DNA of 64,000 nt from Epiperipatus broadwayi (GCA_028023455.1 JAQFVV010000003.1:3472001-3536000), one strand, 5' to 3'. Shown: positions 1-14,290, counted from the first letter of the stretch. A program made the numbers and translations. Notes: generated from the sequence alone by a model not told the origin.

Positions 1-1569
1 TCCAAGACTAAATTGCTTTTAATGAATCCAACAGGACTACATAAATTATAAAGATAGGGTAAAGTAGAAATATAATAAGATTATTTGTATCATGTTTGCT
101 ATAATATAACTTATCACATATATGTATATTCAGTTCCAAATATGTACATTAATCTTATTATAGTATATATAATTAATTGTTTTTATTAAAATTAATGCTA
201 AATTACTCTTCTTGTTACTGAATCATTGTGTCCTGTGTGTATTTCTTATTCTATTTGCAAAACATTTATATTCATTTGTTCTGATCTCCCCAATCAAGGA
301 CATGACTCTAACAAAATATCAAGTTATCTGAAGCTCAAAACAAAGAGAGCAGTTAAAGAAAGTTGTGAATCTGAGAATGAAGCTTCTGATTTTGCATTAA
401 ATTTTCAAGTTAGTGATCTGGGCTACTTGGTCACAAATTGTGAAAAATTCTATTAGTCAGTTGATTAATAAGGATTTTCCTAAAGACAATCTGGCAGCAA
501 GTTCTCAAAATCATATTATCATTATTTACCATGTGGAGAAAAAATTCCATAAATTATTTTGTGGCCACCAAAGCTAGGAGTTAGTAAATAAAAAGGTAAA
601 AGTGTAAATAATTATAATGTTTTTAATATTCTATTGTTTCTGCATCTTTTATTAAATAACATTTTGTAGAATTCATTTTATTCTAATTTACAGTTTTTAT
701 TTCATGAGATTGGTGGTGCTTGAATTTAATTTGCACAAGGGTGCTTCCTGCCCATATGGTATCCTTGCTGACTTTTACTTCAAATAATAATATATATGAA
801 TGAGAGTAGATAAAGCTCACTACTTCTGTACTGATTCAGGGAAAAAAAGATTTCACTTTGCAAATGATTCTCTCATTAGAAATGCAGATGTAATCATATT
901 TCAAATTTATTTTTTCTTTATAGTCAGCATTTATCATTTAACTGAACTGGATTATCTTGTTTATTTTCCAATTAAAAAGTTGTTAATTATCCATTTACCA
1001 AAGAATATTAAGTTTTTAGATTCAATGGCAATCTAAAAAAAAAACTCTGGAGATATAGAAATTTTTTTCCCCAGTTACAATGCAGATTTGAAGTCAGCTG
1101 TATTTATGAGATGGCAGGTTAATGCACTAACTTATTCTACAAGGCCCTTAAGTTTCACTAAAATGTATAAATTATTATTTAGATTAAAATTCTTTAATAG
1201 ATTTTTATTCAGATCTAAACTTCTAGGAAAATCAGTAACACCACATTATGATAAACTTGAACATTTTAATTATTAATTTATATTATTAGATAAATCACTA
1301 CACTCTTGCTTTCTCAATTTAGAAATAGTTCAAGACCACAAACCATTAAAAATTATGTAATTTGCAATATTTACATAGTTTGCTTAGCATTAGTGAGTTA
1401 CTGACAAATACTTATAAATATATGCAGAAACTGAACAGCACTTATATTTTTGACACAATCTAGTACAATATATATATGAGCATAACATTTTTTTTTTTTT
1501 TTTTTACATAAATAATCTGAAAGAATGAAGAATATTTCTCAGGAAGATGATATCAATTCATTAAAAATA

Positions 1570-1900
1570 GAAAAATACTTCTTTTCCAGAACCAACTATG
1601 GTTGGAAATAAATGCTTATCCAGATGGATTAATGGATAATAAAAATGATTACAGTCAAAAAAAAAAGTGTTGAAACAATTATGATTTGGATAGCCATTTT
1701 CCAAACTTTTATTATCCTAATCATCATTTTGCACAGATTCATTACAGCTGCAGACGATTTAAAAATATAGAAAACCAGGCCAATATCATAATGCAAAAGT
1801 TTCTAAACAACCCCATTACACATTATCCAGTTGATCAAACTTTGGTTTGAGGGACATGGGAATAATGTAACAAGCAATTCTTGAACAATGTATTAAAGAT
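1570..1900 (+). mobile_element. Highly degraded Tc1/mariner-type DDE transposase fragment (tentative)
   Basis: Manual translation gives motif-like remnants in the expected order: YPDGLMD (cf. LDGPDG), IMIWIAIF (cf. VMVWGAIS), QYHNAKV (cf. QQDNAPIH), PVDQTLV*GTW (cf. SPDLNPIENLW). Many stops and frameshifts; no TIRs found. Confidence 0.3.
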
Positions 1901-2265
1901 CTATGTTCTTGTAATAATCTCTCAGAAAACTAGAAGCTTTTCTCTACAGGAATGGTTTAACATTTAAAGACACTATTAAATTGTTATATAATTCTGTTAC
2001 ACATAATGCAAGCAGTTCTTGAACAAATGACTATCCTATAATATATTAATAAAGTTATAGCAGATGTTTCTATTATACTTCATTTTGATAAATACATAAA
2101 TAATTAGTGATCACTTTTTTAATAAGTCATAAATTATAATACTTCTTTTAACTTTAGATATAGAATTTAAATACATCCAAAATGCAGTATATGACATGCA
2201 TGATAATTTCCCATTTATATATATATTAACCATTCATCTTTCATTACTTATACACGTGATCTTAC

Positions 2266-2395
2266 ATTTTTTAATCCATATATTTGGTCTAATAAAAGAA
2301 AATCTAATTGCATCAAAATCCATATTAGAAGCTCTTGGTATATTTTTTCTCATGTTTAAAATCATTTGTTTAAAACTAAGTCTTAACTGTAATTT
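2266..2395 (-). CDS. Candidate internal coding exon of an unidentified host gene
   Basis: T-rich acceptor (tatatttttatatatttag) and donor (T|gtaaga) bound 130 nt with one open frame: KLQLRLSFKQMILNMRKNIPRASNMDFDAIRFSFIRPNIWIKK. Product not recognised. Confidence 0.35.
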
Positions 2396-2956
2396 CTAAA
2401 TATATAAAAATATATACTTCTTTTTTTAATAAGAAAGAAATTTTGTTTTTATGGTTGAAAACTATTTTGAATAGTAGTACCAAATTCTCTAGAAAGTAAT
2501 AGTATTCTATTTTCTTGCTAAGTTTGAGGCTGGTCAGAATTTTTCTATCCAAATACATGATAATAATCTTAAGAAAATAAAAGTGAAAATTATAATTGAC
2601 ATTTCAATGCAAAAACAGTAAACTTTTCTCTGTACTTATGCTTAAATATATGTTTATTATCCTATTTTCACAGAACTACTATCAAGTATAAAGGAAAAAA
2701 TTTTGATCCACAAAGTGTATGCAAGAAGATTTAAATGCAGATAGTACCACTTCTCAAAACAATTTTCAGACATAAATAAGATGTTTCCTATTAAGCAAAC
2801 ATATTTAGTCTACAAAAATATTCAAATAAACCCACAAATTAAAATGAATGAGTGCATATCAGCATATCTCCAATTTTAATCCTAAATTATAGATCATTAT
2901 AATTTCAAGAGTACCATTCCAGAGACATCTACTATAAATTCAAGTAATATATGTAC

Positions 2957-3030
2957 TTGCAGTAGAGTTATAATATCCACATGCTTAGATTGGTATCTGA
3001 TTTTTTTTCTCATTGTCAAGACTGAAAGAC
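2957..3030 (-). CDS. Candidate internal coding exon, phase-compatible with 2266-2395
   Basis: Acceptor ttaatttttttttcag, weak donor CAA|gtacat; single open frame LSVLTMRKKIRYQSKHVDIITLLQ ending in phase 0. Confidence 0.25.
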
Positions 3031-3469
3031 CTGAAAAAAAAATTAATGTTCTGAACTCATGGCAACTCATTTTCATAAATATGATGTGACACTAAATCAG
3101 TAAATATATATTTTAATGATCTCAGGTTTAATGAGGGTGAAGAAAACTGATATTGGAACTATATATTAAAATAAGATGAAAAAGTCATGTTTTGTTGATA
3201 TTACAAATCATTAATAAGTACATGCACTGATATGAAATACTGTTTTGCATAAAGACTAAAAAATATATCCATAATAATTTCATAATGTAATTTTATTAAG
3301 TTAGTCAGTCATGCCCAAACTTAAGGTTCAAATTTGAATTAGAGTAAGGAGATTTTATTTTTTTAAGACATGTAACAATTTCCAAGTAAACTCATTAGCC
3401 AATCTATAATCAACAAAAAGTCATCCAATATTAATTAGTAAATATGGTAGTGTTCTGTTCTGTCATGTC

Positions 3470-3700
3470 AACTGCTTGATGTCGCTATTTCTAGCTAAAT
3501 TGCTAAAAATATGCCATTTCCGTGGCCGCAGCCAAGCAGATAGCCTTCTTTGTATGATAAACACAACGAATCCATTTACTCAGCTGTCAGCTACCGCTGT
3601 GGCTTTTTTCTATGCTAAAAGCACAGAAAAATGCCTTTATTGGCTGACGTAGTTGCTTGTGTTACGCACTTTATCGTAATAATGGCTTGTCTATTTTCAC
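3470..3700. mobile_element. Remnant related to the terminus of the 27286-28508 TIR element
   Basis: aaaaatatgccatttccgtggcc (~3506-3529) resembles the reverse complement of the subterminal sequence at ~28443-28464 (aaaaatgctgtttccgtggcc). Locally CpG-rich. Confidence 0.35.
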
Positions 3701-3789
3701 TACAGAATCATGTGAGGGGGTGTTGACTGCATCATGCCTAAACAATTGAACTTTTCAGGTCCAGCTTTTTTTTTTTCGTGTGAACTAAC

Positions 3790-3981
3790 CTACTGATATC
3801 TTCTAACAGTTTTAACAGTGTCGACACTGTTCCATAAGGACTGTGTTCTCACAAATTGGATTTTAGGGTGCGGCACATCACTATTTTGAAGATCCTGATG
3901 AAAGTAATGTATCCACAAGAAATTGTCCAAGACAAGTAGGATGGCTGCTTCGAACTCTGAAAATTGGCAATTGCCAGACAC
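3790..3981 (-). mobile_element. pogo/Tigger-like DDE_1 transposase fragment
   Basis: ORF contains AILLVLDNF..H...DLQ...PHPKIQFV, resembling the ILLxLDNxxxH...PNIxVxFLPPN segment of pogo/Tigger (CENP-B-like) DDE domains. Confidence 0.5.
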
Positions 3982-4076
3982 CAGAATCTGCTTTCATTTT
4001 AATAGTTTGTTATAAGTTATTAACTTTAGTGGGTAAATTGCAATCTAATTTATTCCCCCCCCCCAAAAAAAAAATG

Positions 4077-4440
4077 CAGATTAATTACTATCCAAAAAAA
4101 GGTAAAATTTACTTTTATTTTTTAGTAAAAAAGTACGTAACTTTTCCTATCCATACCCCCCCCCCCCCAAAGAAGCTCATCTCTGATTAATTACTGTCCA
4201 AAAGTCTCCACTAAATTTACTATTATTTGTTATTAAAAAAGTAACATAACTTTTTATATACACACACACACACATCTGATTAATTCCTGTCCAAAAAACT
4301 GTCTAATGTACTATTATTTGATCTTAGAAAGAAATGTAATTTTTGGTCGACACACACATACACAAAAAAAAGAAGCCAGTCTCTGATTAATTACTATCCC
4401 AAAAAGTCGGCTTACATTTTTATATTTTGTTAAATTTTTT
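4077..4440. repeat. Degenerate ~100-bp tandem repeat, 4 copies
   Basis: Core ctgattaattactRtccaaaa...tactWttattt at ~4077, 4183, 4276 and 4383 (periods 106, 93, 107), separated by poly-C, (CA)n and poly-A runs. Confidence 0.8.
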
Positions 4441-5339
4441 TAATTTTATGTAAATTGTAATATAATTTACTTTTATTTCCTATTCCAAAAATAAAGTCAA
4501 TAGTTCTATAGAATCCCTGGCCCGGGAATGTTATATCTATGTATTTTTGCTCAACATCAAGCGGCTGACACGACAGAATAGAACACTAATTGTATACTAA
4601 TCTGTGTGTCATTTCCAACAAATAAATATTTAAATAAAATTAAATTTTTCTAAAGATATTCAATAATTAATATTATATGATGGAAATAGTCCAATATATA
4701 AATACAACTAAAACACTATCATCACAAATCTTCAGGAAAACACAATGTAATAGCTGCTCTTAGTTGAATGATAAAACATTTAAGGATAAACTAGATTGGT
4801 CAGATTAGTATTAATGCATTGATTAAAAAAATATATGAATCTTTAACCCTGCTGAAAGATATCTTATGATCACATATATCAAGCTATGATTTATCCATAA
4901 CCATTAATGCACTAATTACAAAAAAAAAAAAAAAGAAGATGACTCCTCATCTCTGGAAAAAGTTATATATTTTTGCTTATCCATAACCATCAATGTACCT
5001 GTGAAATAATTCATAATTCTTGTCTTTCAAGTGTAATCACATAATATAAAAAATTGACCATAACAATAACATATAATCATTACATTTTGCAGAGTTAAAA
5101 TTAATAACAGTTGAATAATATGGTAATATAATCCATATATTATTTTGTAAGAATAAATCTAGTCTTAAAATAGAGAAATGAAGAAATCCATTTTTAAAAG
5201 GCTACATTGAAGTATGATTTTAATTATTTATTGACCTATTTCTATTACTTATTTTAATTGTTAAATGTTTTTAGCAAAAGTCAGATTTTATTTTTAATTT
5301 TCAAATACTTTCAATTGTTATAATAACACACAGGTTAAA

Positions 5340-6890
5340 AGAATATAATGCTATGTTTGAATAGTTGTATTCTCCTTGCTTCTTCAGCTGCTGCTAGTTT
5401 GATCAATGACAGCACTAGTATAGGAATCAAACCCATGGCTTCTAGATTTGTGAATACTGTATTTAAGGTGACATTCTAACTAGGTTACTCTGTCAAAAAC
5501 ACCTCATAGAAATTTTATTTACTTATCTAAGAAAATTTTCTTGATTTAGGTCAATGTTAATGACTGATTACCAAACATTGTGAATTATCACACCAGGTTT
5601 CTTTAAATTTTCTTTTTTATCTTCTGCCCAACATTTTTGTCCTTTCCCAATTGAATTTATGTTCTGTGATACATGTATTATAGTCTGCTACTTTACACAC
5701 AACCATTTTTTCTCTCTTTAACCATTACTTTATGTTTTTTTAATCATTTTTTGAACAACTGGCTGCTTTCATTGATATATGTTCTTCCACACTCACATGG
5801 TATTTCATTGAAAAAAGTTATTATTATCTAGCATTTCAAGTTCAGATTTTGGAAAGGTTAGGTTTTCTCACAGTGTGCTATTGGAAAGTTTTTCAAATAT
5901 TACACTGACTGCAAATTTTTTTTTGTCTGTTATCTCTAATATAAATGATATACTATAATATCTATAATTGTTTTTTCTTTTGATATTTCTTTTTTGTTAT
6001 CTAAATATTTAATATTTTCTTAATAAAAGCTGATGAATAATTATTTTTCAAGAGTTTTTTATATATGGGACTGTTCTTTTTCTAAGTCGGTGACCTCTGA
6101 ATAAACTTCTGCTCTGATTCATGATGATAATGTAATCCTTTTTTTTTTTTTTTTTGGTGATTTTATCATGATTGGATATTTTCTTGTGCATGTGCTTTCT
6201 GTAAACCAGTGATTTAATTAATATTGCTTTCTTGTCATAAGAACATCTTAGAATGCCAATTTTTGTCCTTGTTCTAATTTTATTGTGAATTTAATTGAAG
6301 AAGATATGCTATTGATGTGTATCCAGAATATCTGCAATAGAGCTTCACCATGTGATCACACAAATTAGCAGCATAGTGAAAACAGACTTTAATAAAGTGG
6401 CAATGAAGTAGCACTTGAAATTGTGATCTCAAGTTCTTCCATGCAAATATTGTTGATCAGAGGTAATAATGGTGATCCCATAGCCACCCCATGATTTTGT
6501 TGAAAGAATTTTTTGTTGTATTAAAAGTAAGTTATTGTTATGCAGAATGTTAAAACTTCTATAACACTATCAAGAGGAAGAGATATTCTATTTGTAAGCT
6601 ATTCTCATTTAATCTATTTCTTTCAGTAGATAATGTTTCACCACAGAGCTACAATTGTGAATAATCTTTTCACATTAATGCTTACCAATATGTCTTTTTT
6701 TTTTTTTTTTGTTCTCATGTTCTTGATTAATTCTACAAAGTGCTTAGATTTTATAACAAGATATTGTATCTTGTATACCAAAGGGCTAAGAATCCTATAA
6801 AAAAATCTTGACAATTTGACATACTGAAGTTCTAGAAAAAATAATAGTTTTAATAGAATATAGTCTTTAATGATTTTAGGTAGTCCCAAG
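5340..6890 (-). mobile_element. Penelope-like element fossil (RT + GIY-YIG endonuclease)
   Basis: RT remnants GLPKI, LVSINVKRLFT and QQNHGVAMGSPLLPLINNICMEELE (~6500-6420); endonuclease remnant EIPCECGRTYI...KHK...HKFNWERTK...KRKFKE (~5810-5600); CTGAAGA box downstream at 5381-5387. Confidence 0.85.
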
Positions 6891-9800
6891 AAAATGTGGA
6901 ATATGCTATAAATTTATTTTTTTTAACAAATCAGTTAACTATCTATAATGCTTTCTGAGTAATGTTTTAAAACACCTTCACAGTCCTTTTTGATCACTTT
7001 TTTAAAATATTTTTCCTTCAATTGTATTTTTTAATGAAAAAATGTATTCATCAACAAATCTTTATGTTTTTGTTAAATTTCATTAAAAGTATAAGTTCAA
7101 ATAACAACAATATTCTTACAAATAAAATATCAACTTTTCTAATAAAATATTTTCTTCTAAAAATCATTTATAATCAAATGTAAATTATATGAAAAATCAC
7201 ATACTCATTTAGAAATAAATATTTAACAATTTTATAAATAAAAATAACTATACAGAAAACATAAACTAAAGTATTTATTTTCACTAAGTCTACATTTTCA
7301 ATGAAAATGTTTATTATCAAGTAATTAAAATGGATTCCAGTTGTTAAAACCATACATTATAATTGCAGCATTAACATGAATCTAGCAAGATCCTTCATCT
7401 AATGGTTAAACCAAATTCTTTTTTTTTTACTTTGAGGTGACAAATGATTTTATTGGTCTTGTTTCTGATTTATTTACTTAGATATACACAAATTTGCACT
7501 TGAGATCCAGTGGAGGTTTATCATCACTGCTTTCATTCTTTATATTTTGACTTGCTCTTATTATTATTTTAATTATAATATATATAAACTATTATGTATA
7601 TTAATTTCTCAGCTCAAAGGCAGATAATTAGACACTACAGTACTACATCAAAATAATAATACTTCATCGTCATTGGTGATAGTTTATCAGTCTCTTAATA
7701 TAATTTGTTCTAATATCTCAATTTTAAAATTACATTATATCCATTAATGAATTCCATATCATTAAGATGAATCGTTTATGTATACTCACAAAAACACAAT
7801 TACTTTACATACATTCTGATTTCTCAATCTACATTTAGTTTGTAAATATTGATATGTTACTCTCTAAAAAGCCAAAACATAAGTACAATATAAACATCAA
7901 TGAAAACTAAATATAAAATGAATATACATAAATATAAAAAACACATGATTCATGAAAGAATAAGACTTTGAATATGAAGAAATTCTGACTTTAATGGTGG
8001 TTTAAGCAGAAATTGGGGAAGAATTAAACTTTTATTTTTGGAATATTTGACATTGAAAGAAGATAGTGAAAGAAACATAAAAAATGAAACAAGTACAAAC
8101 GATAGAGAATTTTTTTTTTGTTGAAGTCTTTATGAAAATTATAGAGTATATAAAACAGAATATTATAACTAATAAAATAGATTTTCTTAAAATGGGTTAC
8201 AAGCATAAAAAACATATATTTTGGTGATTGTAGATTTGAAGAGTATAATTTGGGAAAGAAGGATAGATAGTTTTACTATGGTATATAATAATTAAAAAAT
8301 AAGGAAATGTTTAACTTGAATAATAGGTGTCTAAATATATGACTTATGCACAAAAACTTCTGATTTCATTGAGAAAGTCATTTGACAGCATATTATGATT
8401 ATAATTGACTTGACTTGAATAACAGAATAAAAGGTGGCCAGGGAAAATTAATGCCTTATACCAGAAATAAGTCATCAATCAAAAATTAATCATAAAAATA
8501 AGATCACATTATTATATAGTATAGATTTTAATCAATGCATACTTTATGATTTCAAATGGAGAAAAAAATGTTATGACTAAATTGTGATTTTTTTTTGATA
8601 AAATCTTTAAAAAATATTAAATTAGTAGTTACAAAATAATAAATGTAATTCTAATTTCTTAATATGTAAAAATTGCAATATATCTATGGATAATTTACAA
8701 TTCTAGGTATTTTAAACAAAAAGTTATATTATTTTATATTATCAAAAATGATTTTGTATTTAAGATTATGATATATTACATTTTTACTTTGTCTTCTAAG
8801 ATATACTAATAATGATTGCTTAATAAAATTGAAACATTTCAAAAAAATTATATATATATATATACAAGAATTAACAAAAGTATAAAATTATTTCTGAAAA
8901 TTTTAAACAATAGTAATAAATTTAATCAATGATTAAAGAATTTAAATAAGCAAATAAATGATAACAAAACGCTATTTAAAACTAAATAAGAAACAATTAA
9001 AATTACAGTACTACATTTTTCAAAATAGTGCAAAAATTAATAAACTTTTATGCTAATGCACTAATATAATTTAACTAACAATGTAACATCATTTAATTGT
9101 AGTTTTTTGTTTTTTTATTATGTTTTGATTCCACATCACATTCATCTTCAGACTATCAAAATAATTTTTAAAAATATATTAAAATATAAAAAAAATCCAT
9201 ATAATTTAAATGTATTTATATTGTTCATTGATATATTAATTAGATTTAAAAACCTCTATACTAATGTTATATATGTCTTAAGAATGTAAAATTAATTGAA
9301 GTTCATGACAAACTCTAAATAACAAGATACTAGAATTATATTAACAAGTCAGCAAGTCATGGTCAATTACCATCATCAATGACTTTATTTTGCTTAATCA
9401 TAACAATTACCTCCACTAATGTTATAACTCACTCCACAAAGATTAATAGCAATAATCATAACAAAAAGAAGTTATTATAAAACTATGTAAAATTTTAAAA
9501 TGTGATAGTTTTTATGCCAAAAGATATTTTAAATCAGTTGTTTCTTTTTATTTCAACCTTAATAAAAATATAAGTTTATTAAAGGCAAATGTTTAAATTA
9601 TTTAAAATTTTTTTAAATATTTAAAATATAGGAATAGATAGATATGATAAGCAATATTTATACTCAATCTAATTTAAAAAATTGTCTTCTGTACTATTAG
9701 GACTTATGTAAATCCTAATTATACAAATGAAAGTAGGGATCTTTCTTATATAAACACAAATGAGAGTAATATTTATTTTTTTAAAAATATCACAATTTCA

Positions 9801-12800
9801 AAATCATATTAATTTATATTATTAGTTTAAGATTATAAAAAATTTTAAAATAAAAATCAACATTAAATTATTTTAAAAAATTAAAAATTATTTTCTAATT
9901 TTGACATCTATAAACTTATTACAAAGAGTTTTTAGAATTTCCTTTTCTACCACATTATTGTCGGAGACTTAAGTTGTAGTTTTGAAAGAGAACTGCATAA
10001 ATATTTTTTTACAGTTTTAGTACAGAAAACTGTTGCATATGTGCCATCAAAGTATTGACAAAAAATACACCCAAGCAGAACATTAGAATTACAATATATT
10101 TATTGATTTTATTCTGTAATGACAATATCTCTATGCAGGCCCTTCTTTGCAGTGGTGCTAAACTTGATTCTGGTACTATGAATTCCAATTCAACGGCTCT
10201 TTGTTTGACTTCCTCTCAATTACAACAGTTATTTTTTTAATTAAACAAACACTAATTACTGCTATTAAAACTTAAATGAGTTTATTATATATGTAACAGT
10301 AAATGACTTAAAATATCAAACAACTCTCTTCAAAGTATTTTTGCTTTTTTAAAAGTGGTGAATTAGCCTGGCAGATTAATACAGTACTAAAATGGCAATC
10401 TCAATAATTGATTCTCAGCTTAATAAATAAAAAATAAAATATATAATCAACTGAATGGAACTGTTGGCTCACTCTACTTACCACTTAGACGCAAGAACAT
10501 TATGATTTCTCAAGCAACTAAACCATATATAAATCAAATAAATATCAATTATTTATTTAAAAGGTTAGCACTTTCAATTAAGAATGCTCGATTTTTAAAT
10601 TCTAATATTTGATGCACTATTAAAGTCAATATCCAGATCTTTCAAAAAAATCACAAGTAAAAAAAAAAAAGAAGCAAATATAGCAAATAAATAATAAAAA
10701 TTGATACTTTTATTTCTAAATAAAATGTAGCTTTAAAAATATGTGCTAAATATATATATTTTCTTAAAAGAAAACATGTTTTAAATGTTGTATGACAGAA
10801 CTATCCACTAGCATATATGGACTTTAAAAAAAAAAAAAAAATTACCAATAAAATATAATAAAAACAAAAATATACAAAATATATAAATGAAAACACTCTG
10901 AAAGAATTATAAAGCAATAAAACAAAATAGGTTTGTAATAAAATTCAATCTACTAGAAGTAATATGACAGTATGGCATACAAATCAGTAGAAGTGAGCCA
11001 AAAAGTTAATTAATCAAAGTTAGCAAACAATCATATAAAGCCGCAAAAAATAAAAAAATAAAATGTCATCTGATAGATTAAGCTATGTAGTGAATGGAGC
11101 ATCATACACACACACAAATGATTGTTATGCCATATCAAAGAATTAAAAGTATTCTACAAAATCTTGTTGTCAATTATTCATAAATAATATATAAAAAAGA
11201 AGTGATCCTTAATTTATTCTTTATTGATTCCAACAGTTAAAGAATTAATAACCTAATTAAAACAAACAAATAAAAATTATTCTATCAAGCAATCTAAATA
11301 TTAGATAGAATTAGAAATGTGACCATTTTGTTACACAAAAAATTGCAGATGATATCTATCAAAATATTAGAATAAATTGTGGCATAAAAGTAGCCAGCAT
11401 TCCTGATAAAAAATTGCTGGTTCCAGAATCGGTCATATCCAAATATTACTACATATGCATTTTCCTGAAGGTTTTGTGTATTCTAGTTGTATTTTTATAT
11501 TGGATTATTTCCATAATCTAATATGCATATTGAATGTCTTTAGAAAAATTTAACTTTATTTAAATATTCCAAATACATTCAACTGTTAGTAATAACACAT
11601 CAAACAGGTTATATATCTTTTGAGTTTTACTTTCATTTGCTTTTTACATATCTCTATAAGTGGATTTGCAATGCTTCTCCAAATCAAAACCAAAATAGAC
11701 AACAGACTGAAAGTATGAGGACGATGTGTGATTAGTTCTAAAAAATACTCACACATGATTTTTTGAAGCCAATTACCCAGATCTAAGTGCAATCATCACA
11801 CTAAATATTAGATTATAATTATGCTTTGAAAAGTTTACTTTTAATAATTTTTTTGTTATATCAAATATGCCTTTTTAAGCAAACTGGTGAAGAGTCATGA
11901 GTTATTTGTTGTTATAAATGGAAATCATGACTCAAAAAGATTAGGAACCAATAGCCTAGACATTGCATATTTCACGTTAATCCTATACTTAACATTATTT
12001 TTATATATATTAACTAATATTGAATTGTCTTATACATATAATATGGAATTGGATGTAGTTTTTTAATGTTTGCTATAATAATAAATATATAATTAATGCA
12101 TAAAAATAAATAACTTTCATTATTAGCTTATTAAAAATGCAATATACAAAAATCATATACTCCATCTGAATTGAATCTGAAATTTTGGCTCCCCAATCAA
12201 TCAGTCTTATACTATCCCAGTTTATTATCCTTAATAATTTAAGGGTGAGGAAAAAGAATACAGGTAAAAAGGTTATTATCAGTTATATACATAAAAATTA
12301 TAATGAGCATAATACATACGTAGTAGATGAAATGCACTATTTTAAAAGTCATATCTAGCATTTTCTCATTCAGTAATATTAATCTTTGGAATCAAATCAA
12401 GGTTGCCTTACTAAATTAATTCATAATAGAATCTATAATAGTCTTTTGTGATTATCTTAAAAAATAATTAATCTATATATTAGTTAATAATAAAAAAAAA
12501 TTAAAAAGGTAGTAAAATTAATTGCTAGAAAGATCCTCCCTTCCTAATCAATTTCCGGTACCTTACATGTTATCTGCAACCAAATGTTCTTATAAACAAG
12601 ATCATTATATAATAAATAAACATAATTACTTGCAACTGAATTAAAAAAATTTCCAAGTTATTAAATGTAATTACTAAGTTATTTATAGGTAGAAAATCTT
12701 TCTTGAGTTATTAATTTTATTTAATTCAGGTAAAAACCTTATTCAAGTATTTTAAAAAAAGGTAATATTTATTGCTGTAAGTAAAATAATTATTTTTTGT

Positions 12801-14263
12801 AATTTATGTATATTTTTCATCTACATATTGTATGAAAAAAAAATAGTATAAATCTTAAAAATAAATTTATATACATGAAAAAAGGCTTTTTAATAAATAG
12901 CTTGTTGTGGGACAAAGGCTTCTCCAACCACTTCTCATAGAAGACCAATGAAAGAGAAAAGATTGTAATTATCAAGCTTGCTAATTGTTGAAAAATGAAG
13001 AAAGACTGTTTTTTTCTTACATTGTATTACCCTCTAATTAAAAAGATTTACTAATCAATGTTGAATGGTGTAGGCATGTATAATGAAATTAAATCATGGA
13101 CTTGGCACTCATTGTATTTCGCTTCTGGTGGGTTGGTTGGATCATATATTCTTTCTTTACAAGAAGCACCTCAGCACTCATCTGATTACTCCAGAATGCT
13201 GAAAGTTTTTATTAACATTCACTTTTGAGTAATTAGATGTTCATTAATTAACAATATCGAATGATTAACTGGACTAATGAAAAAATTATTTATATGGCAA
13301 ATCTTTGATTCCATAATTGGAAAAGTCTTCAAGATTTACTTCAGATTTTAAAGCAAAGTCATATGCATAACAGGGGATGAACTAATCATTATAAAAAGAT
13401 TGCTTTTGATAAAATATATTTGGAGTCATAAATAATAACATATGATCATTAGTATCAATTATAACTTTGCAGTAATTCTTAATAAAAATTATTAGACCAT
13501 TTTCTGTTCAAGATTCATTTTATCACTATAATGAAAAATAAAAATCCTAATACCAAGGAAAGCTGTGACATTCCAAAAATACTTAAAACTTCTCATTTGA
13601 AGTATTTTATTACATAATCTTCAATCTTCCATTACTTTCTTTAATTTATTACAGTTCTGTGCAACAGTTGATTTATGAAGGTGAAATAAGTTCTCTTCCT
13701 TAGTCATTTCCAGATATCTTCCTCTTCACTATTTCTCTGAATAAATTGGAGTATTTCAATATAGGATGCAACCCATTTGATCATCTGATTCTAATTTGAG
13801 AGACAAGTGACCTTTCTTCTAAAAAACATATTTGAGTTTTTCTCTATTCATATTCTTCAATTTTCTCCATCCTATATCTCTAGAACTTCAAATATATTAA
13901 TATCATTAATTAAAAAAATACACATCTCTGTTCTGTATAAACAATTAACCAAATGTAGGATCACATAATTTCATTATAGAGGTTGAAATCGTCTAATGAC
14001 TTTAATGTTAGAAATGATTGTTTCACACAGAAAGTCCACTTTGTCATAGCTATTTTTCTGCATATCACATTATAATTCATATTTCCAATATTTATTTGAC
14101 TTAGATAAATAGCTTTCATAAAAATAAATAATATTCACACCACAATACATGCAAATTTTATTTAAGGATGAGAAATTATCAAATAGAAATAGCAAAAGGG
14201 TATGATAGATCAGTAAATAATTTGAGAATATATCATGCTTTTAAATATGAACTATGAAGAGAT

Positions 14264-14290
14264 ATGATGATGATGATGATGATGATGATG

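Noticed and set aside
1140-1225. LRR-like peptide on the minus strand (SLDLNKNLLKNF)
   Set aside because: L/N/K-rich peptides arise by chance in AT-rich DNA; donor is weak and phase is incompatible with the upstream candidate exon.
4077-4440. CRISPR-like repeat/spacer appearance
   Set aside because: Repeats are degenerate, spacers are simple-sequence runs, the context is eukaryotic and there are no cas genes.
10055-10240. Ankyrin-like ORF (ALLCSGAKLDSGTMNSNSTAL)
   Set aside because: Single partial resemblance, no suitable donor site, and no neighbouring repeats.
13500-14050. hAT transposase fossil (minus strand)
   Set aside because: Only vague motif resemblance, not enough to annotate.
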